A stretch of 32,251 bases of DNA from Actinobacteria bacterium UBA7524 (lineage in GTDB: Bacteria > Actinomycetota > Coriobacteriia > Anaerosomatales > UBA912), in NCBI GenBank assembly GCA_002478275.1, contig DLMY01000017.1, positions 1 to 32,251 on the forward strand. Reading direction: 5' to 3'. Positions 1 through 6,517 of this stretch are shown here, piece by piece. Below the pieces are notes generated by a model. It was not told where the DNA came from and made no database searches. It saw only the letters and a program-made list of their open reading frames with translations. The first letter of the stretch is position 1, and every line of letters starts with the position of its first letter. A program made the translations under genes and the position numbers.

Positions 1-24
1 ACACCCTCGAGAACCTCTAGGCCT

Positions 25-931
25 TCATCCTTGCACCACGTGCACGGTGCGCGTGGGGAACGGGAAGTGCATCTCCTCGGCTACGAAGCGGTCGTGCAGC
101 CGGTGGATGAACGCGCTCCGGATCGGATGCTGTTCGGCGTACTCGGCCACGCGGAGCACCTGGAGGCACGTGATGCTCGAGTCCGCCAGCGCGCGGAACC
201 GGAAGATCGGCGGCTCATCGGCAAGCTCCGGCTGGAACTCGGCCATCACTTCGGCGGCGACGGCGAGCGAGAGCTCCTCCACGCGGGCGAGGTCGGCGTC
301 GTACGGCACGCCGAACTCGATGTAGACCGNNNNNNNNNNNNNNNNNNNNNNNNNNNNNNNNNNNNNNNNNNNNNNNNNNNNNNNNNNNNNNNNNNNNNNN
401 NNNNNNNNNNNNNNNNNNNNNNNNNNNNNNNNNNNNNNNNNNNNNNNNNNNNNNNNNNNNNNNNNNNNNNNNNNNNNNNNNNNNNNNNNNNNNNNNNNNN
501 NNNNNNNNNNTGAGCGTGGTGGTGCGCCACGCGATGTCGGCGACGGTGCCCTCCTGCGTCGTATCGAGCATGAGATAGTCGCCCGGGCGGATCTGCTTGG
601 AGGCCACGATCTGCAGGCCCGCGAACAGGTTGCCGAGTGTGTCCTGGAGCGCGAGCGCCACAGCGAGTCCGCCGACGCCCAGTGCGGTGATGATCGGCGT
701 GATCGAGACGTCGAGCACCGAGAGCACCGTGAGACCGCCGATGATGAGCACGGCGACGCGGGTGATGTTCACCAGGATGCTCGCCGAGGGCAGGGCCGCA
801 GACGCCGCTACCGAGCGCCTCACCAGCCCGCCGGCCACGCGCATGAGGACGAGCGTCGCCACCACGATTGCCGCGATGGTCAGGCCGCGGGTCACGTACA
901 GCTCGGGGATGTCGAAGCCAGCCAGGGTCAT
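25..931 (-). CDS. mscS: Small-conductance mechanosensitive channel (MscS family); interrupted by N gap 330-510
   Basis: N-terminal part has TM helices and 'ALGVGGLAVALALQDTLGNLFAGLQI...IRPGDYL...GTVADIAWRTTTL'. C-terminal part (25..309) has 'PYDADLARVEEL...F..LADSSI...MHFPFPTRTVH'. The frame offset across the gap is attributed to the estimated gap length. Confidence 0.93.
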
Positions 932-960
932 CGGGCCTCCGTCGTCTGTGTGCTGGCTCC

Positions 961-969
961 ACTATAGCA
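961..969 (-). promoter_or_regulatory. Putative extended -10 (TGcTATAGT) for mscS
   Basis: Reverse complement of actatagca, about 30 nt upstream of the mscS ATG, which has a GGAGG RBS. Confidence 0.45.
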
Positions 970-1042
970 ATCGGCGCCGATCCGGCGGACGGTCACCGGG
1001 CCGGCGAGCAGCATCGGCTGCGACGGCCCGCCGCGCGCTCGT

Positions 1043-1072
1043 TTGACCCTCCAAACGGCCCTGGGCTACACT
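1043..1072 (+). promoter_or_regulatory. Sigma70-type promoter of the tRNA pair
   Basis: TTGACC (1043-1048), 18 nt spacer, TACACT (1067-1072), upstream of tRNA-Lys. Confidence 0.7.
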
Positions 1073-1128
1073 ACGCGATGCGCTTCGGGCCGGGTCGGGC
1101 ACGACACGGCACGGAACGTGCAGGTCAC

Positions 1129-1204
1129 GGGCCGTTAGCTCAGTTGGTAGAGCAGGGGACTTTTAATCCCAAGGTCGCAGGTTCGAGACCTGCACGGCCC
1201 ACCA
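1129..1204 (+). tRNA. trnK: tRNA-Lys (anticodon UUU)
   Basis: GGGCCGT/ACGGCCC acceptor stem, AGCTCAGTTGGTAGAGC D-arm, anticodon loop CT-TTT-AA, GTTCGAG T-loop, encoded CCA; 76 nt. Confidence 0.98.
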
Positions 1205-1235
1205 TCAAGCCCGCCTTCGTGCGTGCGCGACATAG

Positions 1236-1311
1236 GCCCCCATCGTCTAGTGGCCAAGGACTCCGCCCTTTCAAGGCGGCAACAGGGATTCGAATTCCCT
1301 TGGGGGCACCA
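1236..1311 (+). tRNA. trnE: tRNA-Glu (anticodon UUC); ICE integration target
   Basis: GCCCCCA/TGGGGGC acceptor stem, CCGCC-CT-TTC-AA-GGCGG anticodon arm, ATTCGAAT T-loop, encoded CCA. Confidence 0.97.
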
Positions 1312-2566
1312 CATTTTCGCAGGTCAGAGGGGGTACGGCCTCTGAATTGTTGCCCGATTTGTTGCCCGATTGCTTTTCTACTGCACCTAGAGCGCCGCTG
1401 AATAGGTCGCCGATGCTGTCGGCCGCGGCCCTCTGAGTGCGGCGATCGGACCAGCAATACGTGTCCATCGTGTACGCCGATGAATGGTGACCGGCGATCT
1501 CCTGGACGACCTTCGGGCTGTTGCCCTGTCTGAGCATGAGCGAGAGCGCAGTGTGGCGCAGATCGTGAAACCGCGGTGCCAGGCGCGAGGACTTCCTGAA
1601 CTCCTGCCAGACCCACTCGAACCGTGATGGCCACCACGGCTCGCCGTCCTCTTCAGAGAACACCAGCGGGCCATACTCAAGCTGGTAGCCCTCGCCGGCG
1701 AGTTCCCGACGTGCCCGGCGATCCTCATGTTCATCCTTTGCGAGTGCCAGCGCGGTGACCAGGATTGCGGGCATTTCGATGGTTCGATGCGATCTCTCGC
1801 TCTTCGGACCCTTCAACTCGTAGCGGCCGGGCCCTTCGTCCCACGCTCGCACGACCGACAGCGTGCCGCGCACGAGGTCGACGTCATCCCAACTGAGTGC
1901 GAGGATCTCGCCGCGACGCATGCCGGTCGTGACCGCCAGCAGAACAGGCAAGTGCAGCCGAGTCCCCTCCACCGCGTTCAGAAGCGCAGCGACCTTGTGT
2001 TCGCTGAGCACCTCGACCCGATGGCGTTTGGGTCGAGGCAGTTCAACGCCACGCTCGGTGCTAGCGGGGTTGAATGCGATCCTATCCAGCTTGACGGCCT
2101 GCGAGAGGGCCTTGTGCAGCACGGCGTGTGTCTGGATCACGGTGCGCGCCGAAAGCCCAAGTCCGCCGTTCGCCTTGGGTAGCTGCATGCGCGTGTACAG
2201 CGCCTGGATGGCTTCCGCGCTCAACTTCTGAAGGCGCAGCTGTCCTAGCTCGGGCTTCAAGTAGCGCCTGATGATTCCCTGATAGCCCTTGAGCGTCGAA
2301 CCCGCCCGTCCGATCGGCGCGTAGTCCTTGATCCATGTGTCGAGCCAGTCGGCAACGCTCTGGCCTTCAGGTTTGACGTACATGCCCTTGTCGGCAGAGG
2401 TGAGCAGTCGCCTTAGCTCCCGGTTGGCAGCGGCCTTCGAGCCGGTGACGTAGTAGCAGTCTCGTTGGCGATTGCCAGCACCATCCCGTCCTCGGTCAAT
2501 GATGATCCGCCACCGATCGCGGACCACCTCGCCGTTTCGCTTATCGGACTCAACGTGACCCTTCAT
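1271..2566 (-). CDS. int: Tyrosine recombinase/integrase (ICEBs1/phage type, with N-terminal arm-binding and SAM-like domains)
   Basis: Catalytic motifs TGMRRGEI, FHDLRHT and GHHSSAYTMDTY. Start placed at ATG 2566 (GGAGG RBS; ATGA overlap with the upstream stop). The frame runs into the antisense of tRNA-Glu. Confidence 0.95.
   Translation of the reverse strand: MKGHVESDKRNGEVVRDRWRIIIDRGRDGAGNRQRDCYYVTGSKAAANRELRRLLTSADKGMYVKPEGQSVADWLDTWIKDYAPIGRAGSTLKGYQGIIRRYLKPELGQLRLQKLSAEAIQALYTRMQLPKANGGLGLSARTVIQTHAVLHKALSQAVKLDRIAFNPASTERGVELPRPKRHRVEVLSEHKVAALLNAVEGTRLHLPVLLAVTTGMRRGEILALSWDDVDLVRGTLSVVRAWDEGPGRYELKGPKSERSHRTIEMPAILVTALALAKDEHEDRRARRELAGEGYQLEYGPLVFSEEDGEPWWPSRFEWVWQEFRKSSRLAPRFHDLRHTALSLMLRQGNSPKVVQEIAGHHSSAYTMDTYCWSDRRTQRAAADSIGDLFSGALGAVEKQSGNKSGNNSEAVPPLTCENVVPPREFESLLPP
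1347..1370 (+). repeat. 12-bp tandem direct repeat TTGTTGCCCGAT x2; putative integrase arm-type binding sites of attL
   Basis: Exact tandem copies at 1347-1358 and 1359-1370, about 35 nt inside the tRNA 3' end. Confidence 0.7.
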
Positions 2567-3477
2567 ACCCCGGTGCCTCCAGATACGGTTTGGCGATGCA
2601 TTCGTTTCCGACATCGGTCGCTACAGGTCTTCCTGTCAGACCGGGCCTCGGTCGCATCCCACCAGTCCCCGCAGACCGGACAGGGGCGGTACTCTCGCTG
2701 CCCGTCGACCGCGAGTGCGAACTGCAGCCACATAGCCGCGATGAGCGACCGAACTTCGAACGTGAGCCGGAGGCCATCCGGCTGCGCGCTCGTTACTCGC
2801 ATCACCACGCGCACGGTCGCACACATCTCAGATATGAGATTGGCGAGAGCGGCGCGAGCCGCCATTTCCGGAAGGCTGGCCTTCATGAGCGGCGTGGCTG
2901 GCTCGAACTGCTCGTCGAACGTCTTCGGAGTGGTCAATCCCAAGTCGTGTTGCGCGGATGCGGTGCGTGTCCAGACCATGTACTTGGGTGCGGGCTTGCC
3001 CGGCTCGACAAGGGAGTCGTACGGCTTCACGAGCAGATCCGTACCTATCAACTCGTCAGCCTTTCCTTCGTTGATCGCGTCCCACAGTCGAACCGCAAAG
3101 GCGAGCATCTGACGATGCCCCCGCCAGATCTGGAGACTGCGCCCCTCCGAGTACACGAGGAACGGGTCATTGCTCGCCATCTCCTCGGCAGTCGCGATGT
3201 GGTCACCCACGACCACCACACCGCCGCCATCGAGATCGCCGTACCTGGCCGCAAACTCCGCGAAAGCACCTTCGGTGTCTCGTTGATCCGCGAATCTCCG
3301 AAACAGCGCCGGTTCGCTCTTCAGGGGCTGATAGCCATCATCCGCGGGGTGGCCCGCCAGCAGACGCTGGTTCTTAGGGCCGATCCATCGGCCTTCTGCC
3401 ATGCGCCACCACTGGAAGTCCACGAGGGCGGCGGGTGATACCGAGCTGATTCGCGATGTCACAGTTCTGTCCTCCAT
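2563..3477 (-). CDS. CGNR-type zinc-finger domain protein (putative regulator), translationally coupled to int
   Basis: C-terminal CPVC-x13-TCSDRCRKRMHR motif; its stop codon overlaps the integrase ATG. Confidence 0.75.
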   Translation of the reverse strand: MEDRTVTSRISSVSPAALVDFQWWRMAEGRWIGPKNQRLLAGHPADDGYQPLKSEPALFRRFADQRDTEGAFAEFAARYGDLDGGGVVVVGDHIATAEEMASNDPFLVYSEGRSLQIWRGHRQMLAFAVRLWDAINEGKADELIGTDLLVKPYDSLVEPGKPAPKYMVWTRTASAQHDLGLTTPKTFDEQFEPATPLMKASLPEMAARAALANLISEMCATVRVVMRVTSAQPDGLRLTFEVRSLIAAMWLQFALAVDGQREYRPCPVCGDWWDATEARSDRKTCSDRCRKRMHRQTVSGGTGV

Positions 3478-3547
3478 AGCCGTCTACCTATATGCAGACA
3501 CGGACAACATACTTCGCATAGGACAATGCCTGCAATAGAAAGGCGGA

Positions 3548-3766
3548 TTGATGCTCAGGATTCAGAGGCTCCGGGAGGACCAGGGGCTTAGTCGGTCGGC
3601 TTTGGCTCGCATCGCTCTCATGCATGCGGCAACGGTGGGGCAGATCGAGAGTTGCTACATCGGGCGACCGTATCAGTCGCAACTCGAGAAGCTCGCGGCC
3701 GCTCTCGGGTTCACGGGCGATGCGGAGGAGTTGCTCGAGGAAGTCGACATCGATGAGCGGCCATAG
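3548..3766 (+). CDS. XRE-family HTH transcriptional regulator
   Basis: 'IQRLREDQGLSRSALARIALMHAATVGQIESC...LEKLAAALG'; AAAGG RBS; divergent from the zinc-finger/int operon. Confidence 0.85.
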   Translation: MMLRIQRLREDQGLSRSALARIALMHAATVGQIESCYIGRPYQSQLEKLAAALGFTGDAEELLEEVDIDERP

Positions 3767-4091
3767 CCTCGCCGGATACGGTGAACTCCTAACCATGGAG
3801 GAAGTGTGCATTGTGCTCCAGCTGAGTAGAAACACGGTCTACGAACTCGCCCGCACAGGCGATGTTCCGACCATTCGTCTCGGGCGTCAGTTGCGGACTC
3901 CTCGCGCTGCCTTAGAGCAGATGATGGACCGCTCTGCCNNNNNNNNNNNNNNNNNNNNNNNNNNNNNNNNNNNNNNNNNNNNNNNNNNNNNNNNNNNNNN
4001 NNNNNNNNNNNNNNNNNNNNNNNNNNNNNNNNNNNNNNNNNNNNNNNNNNNNNNNGACCGCTCTGCCGAATGCGACAGTGCCGATGTCTAA
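3753..4091 (+). CDS. Excisionase-like HTH_17 (MerR-type) DNA-binding protein; spans an N gap that is probably near zero length
   Basis: 'LLTMEEVCIVLQLSRNTVYELARTGDVPTIRLGRQLRTPRAAL'. GACCGCTCTGCC occurs on both sides of the gap. Confidence 0.85.
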   Translation: MSGHSLAGYGELLTMEEVCIVLQLSRNTVYELARTGDVPTIRLGRQLRTPRAALEQMMDRSAXXXXXXXXXXXXXXXXXXXXXXXXXXXXXXXXXXXXXXXDRSAECDSADV

Positions 4092-4443
4092 CGAGGAACT
4101 TACCGGCAAGGCTTGCGCCAGTTGCGGTTCTCGACCAGAGGGGGGAGACACGATCTCAGGCAATTGCGGATCCGACACATGTAGCGACGGTGGGCAGGAG
4201 ACGTCACTCGAGCGGGCAGGCGAGCTCGAGGGCGAGACGTCCAGCATCGGACCGGCGCAGCTCGACGAGAACGGCCTCACGATTGATGAGGCCTGCAAGG
4301 TGATTCACTGCACGCGCGAGTGGCTGCGCAGGAAGATCCATTCGGGGGAGATTGCGACGTATCGCGTCGGGGGACGTCTCCGCGTCACGCAAGCGGCCAT
4401 CTCGCACATCCCGCCGGAACACTCCCCGGGCGACCCGACCTAG
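4084..4443 (+). CDS. Second excisionase-like HTH_17 protein with N-terminal extension
   Basis: 'LTIDEACKVIHCTREWLRRKIHSGEIATYRVGGRLRVTQAAI'; overlaps the previous stop. Confidence 0.75.
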   Translation: MSNEELTGKACASCGSRPEGGDTISGNCGSDTCSDGGQETSLERAGELEGETSSIGPAQLDENGLTIDEACKVIHCTREWLRRKIHSGEIATYRVGGRLRVTQAAISHIPPEHSPGDPT

Positions 4444-4447
4444 TCCA

Positions 4448-4978
4448 TTGAGCATTTCGGTCATGAGCGCGGTCATCAAGCGCTACGGCGGCAAACCCCA
4501 TCTGAAACTCACACTCCTGATTCTCGCCGACCGGGCCAGTGACGACGGCTACTGCTGGCCGTCGTACGACGAGCTTGCAGGCAAGCTTGGCTGCTCACGA
4601 CGCTCCGCAATCAACAACGTCAACGCCCTCATCGAAGCCGATCTGCTGCAGATCGTGGCCAAGGGCGGACGGTTCACCGACCCGCAGACGAAGAAGCACC
4701 GCGGATTCTCAAACCGTTTTGTCATCAATGTCGCGGCAATCGAGGCGTTGCCCCTGCTCTACCAACCGCGACGGAGTTCTCCACAGGGCGCGGTGGACGG
4801 CTGCAGCGCACTGCAAGACATGGGTGAAGTGGGCTTCACCCATGCAAGCACGGCAAGGGTGAAGCCCACTTCACCCGGTACGTCAGACAAGACATCAAGT
4901 TCAACCGTCACCGGCGAAATGCCTGTGGAGAACCTCATCCGGTACCTCGCTGATGCCTGGAAGGTGCCCGATCACTAA
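4448..4978 (+). CDS. HTH_36-type (phage replication initiator-like) helix-turn-helix protein
   Basis: 'LKLTLLILADRASDDGYCWPSYDELAGKLGCSRRSAINNVNALIEADLL' is typical of phage/ICE Rep N-termini. TTG start is inferred. Internal palindromic repeats are present. Confidence 0.75.
   Translation: MSISVMSAVIKRYGGKPHLKLTLLILADRASDDGYCWPSYDELAGKLGCSRRSAINNVNALIEADLLQIVAKGGRFTDPQTKKHRGFSNRFVINVAAIEALPLLYQPRRSSPQGAVDGCSALQDMGEVGFTHASTARVKPTSPGTSDKTSSSTVTGEMPVENLIRYLADAWKVPDH
4822..4876. repeat. Pair of palindromic iteron-like sites GGGTGAAG-N4-CTTCACCC, together forming a perfect 20-bp inverted repeat
   Basis: 4822-4841 GGGTGAAGTGGGCTTCACCC and 4857-4876 GGGTGAAGCCCACTTCACCC are exact reverse complements, separated by 15 nt. 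Confidence 0.8.
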
Positions 4979-5032
4979 GCCTCGGCATGCATTGCCATCA
5001 GTCACGCGGTACACTTAGAGGAGGATCGGCGC

Positions 5033-5263
5033 GTGAGAGAGTTCAAGGACGTCAAGAAGCGCGACGTGATACGCGCGTTTGCCACGATCCGTCTGGCAAT
5101 GGAAGAGAAGTGCGACAGGCTAACTGACTGGACAGACCAGGGCAACGCTCTGGAGCAAGCGCTGAGCCTCAGGATGGAAGAGAACGTAACCAAAGGGCTC
5201 GACTTCGTGGAGAGATTCCTCCTCGGTACACGAGAGGAGGTAAGTGAGGAGGGACGCATCTGA
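5033..5263 (+). CDS. Hypothetical protein (76 aa)
   Basis: GAGGAGG RBS before GTG; TGATG coupling with the next gene. Confidence 0.65.
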   Translation: MREFKDVKKRDVIRAFATIRLAMEEKCDRLTDWTDQGNALEQALSLRMEENVTKGLDFVERFLLGTREEVSEEGRI

Positions 5264-5775
5264 TGACCAAGAAGACCGCGCACGCCGAGTTGGTCGATCG
5301 AGTAGGCGCTGAAGAGGCCGATCGCCTCACGCAGATGTTCCTGGAAGATCTCATGACGAAGCGCGAGGCGGCCGCTGAGCTCGGCATGTCGCTCAGCGTG
5401 CTCGAGTACCGACTGTCGCAAGGCGACACGAAGTACGCGAGGCTCTTGTCGGAGTCGGTCAAGCCACACGGCCAAGCCCGCTGGGTGGTCGTGCGTGAGC
5501 CGATACCCGGTCGGCCGCAGACGGCGCGTGAGGCTTTGGCCGAACTGTTCGGAGCGGAGGAGGCGGACCGCCTCGTCGGTCTGTTCCTGTCCGAGCTGAT
5601 GCTCGCCGACGAAGCGGCGGCGATCGTCGGGATGCCTGCCAAGACTCTGCGGGCGGACATGTACAAGGGAGTCGTGCCGTACTCGAGGAAGCTCGATCCC
5701 GCGGCTCACAAGAGCCCGTGGGTCGTGTTGCCCGACGCGCTACCCGCCATCAAGAAGAAGCGGGAGGGGCGATGA
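5263..5775 (+). CDS. Protein with two tandem HTH-like (excisionase/MerR-like) repeats
   Basis: Internal duplication: 'GAEEADRLTQMFLEDLMTKREAAAELGMS' versus 'GAEEADRLVGLFLSELMLADEAAAIVGMP'; GGAGGG RBS. Confidence 0.7.
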   Translation: MTKKTAHAELVDRVGAEEADRLTQMFLEDLMTKREAAAELGMSLSVLEYRLSQGDTKYARLLSESVKPHGQARWVVVREPIPGRPQTAREALAELFGAEEADRLVGLFLSELMLADEAAAIVGMPAKTLRADMYKGVVPYSRKLDPAAHKSPWVVLPDALPAIKKKREGR

Positions 5776-5990
5776 GCGTGTACACGAGTCATGACGTCTA
5801 CCGAATCATTGCTGCGGACGGTGGCGGTGTGCGCATCGTGATGCCCGGTGGTCTCGCCACCACCGCACTTGAGGAATCGTATCCGAGCGCGAGCGCCGCC
5901 GCTGCGGCAATCGCGGATGCGATCAAAGGCGGAATGCCAGCGTTTGAGGTCGTGGACGAGACCGAAGCCTCGCGTGCCGGCCGCGCGTAG
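5772..5990 (+). CDS. Hypothetical protein (72 aa)
   Basis: GGAGG RBS, ATGA overlap with the previous stop, followed by a terminator. Confidence 0.6.
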   Translation: MSVYTSHDVYRIIAADGGGVRIVMPGGLATTALEESYPSASAAAAAIADAIKGGMPAFEVVDETEASRAGRA

Positions 5991-6033
5991 AAGGCGTCGA
6001 GAGTCGCTATCCTCCCGAGCACGCCAACTACTG

Positions 6034-6065
6034 AAGGGACCTCGGCAGACATGCCGGGGTCCCTT
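6034..6065 (+). terminator. Intrinsic terminator-like hairpin
   Basis: AAGGGACCTCGGCA-gaca-TGCCGGGGTCCCTT stem after the HTH operon. Confidence 0.7.
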
Positions 6066-6235
6066 GTCATATCCTGTTATGCAGACTGCAGAGTCCTTGT
6101 TGGAAAGACGCCATACGTCTCACCTTGGCGAGCACGAGTAGGATGCGGGGAAGGCGAGCCTCTGTAGTCGGCGGCGTGAACTGAGCAGGCCTGGCGCTTG
6201 AGGCTGGAGTTGTGACGGGCAAGCTGCGTCAGACC

Positions 6236-6517
6236 TCAAGCCAAGCCATAGTGTGTCATCTCCCCGCGGACTTCAATGATCTCCCGGTTCAGCTGAGCGA
6301 GGTACTCATTCGCCACCTGTGAGAATAGGTCATCGCCAATCTCGGCCAACTCGATCCGAAACTCTCCGTCCTTCATTCGGGCAATCAGCATGTTGAACGC
6401 CGCCTTGACCGCGTTCGGATTATCCTCGGACAAGGGAATCATGATCGCACTCTCTCCCTCAATGCGGATGAAGTGCTTACCTTCAACCTCCACGACGGCG
6501 GCGCTAAGTGTTTCCAT
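6236..6517 (-). CDS. Small acidic hypothetical protein (93 aa), partner of the PHP-ATPase
   Basis: ATG at 6517 overlaps the 3' end of the upstream gene: 'METLSAAVVEVEGKHFIRIEG...SQVANEYLAQLNREI'. Confidence 0.75.
   Translation of the reverse strand: METLSAAVVEVEGKHFIRIEGESAIMIPLSEDNPNAVKAAFNMLIARMKDGEFRIELAEIGDDLFSQVANEYLAQLNREIIEVRGEMTHYGLA

Noticed and set aside
25..931. Apparent frameshift/pseudogene in mscS (and likewise in the NlpC/P60 gene)
   Set aside because: The frame changes coincide with N gaps of estimated length.
1280..1311. attR copy of the tRNA-Glu 3' end within the window
   Set aside because: No second copy was seen; the element extends beyond 32251.
1271..2566. Integrase as the integron integrase serving the attC
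   Set aside because: It has arm-binding ICE/phage architecture, sits at a tRNA, and I see no IntI-specific insertion.
3927..4067. Direct repeat GACCGCTCTGCC flanking the N run
   Set aside because: Identical sequence on both sides of a scaffold gap indicates contig-end overlap. Merging the copies gives a clean xis-like ORF end, so it is not treated as a target-site duplication.
1312..6000. Prophage
   Set aside because: The int/xis/rep module is phage-like, but no terminase, capsid or tail genes occur, and the conjugation genes indicate an ICE.
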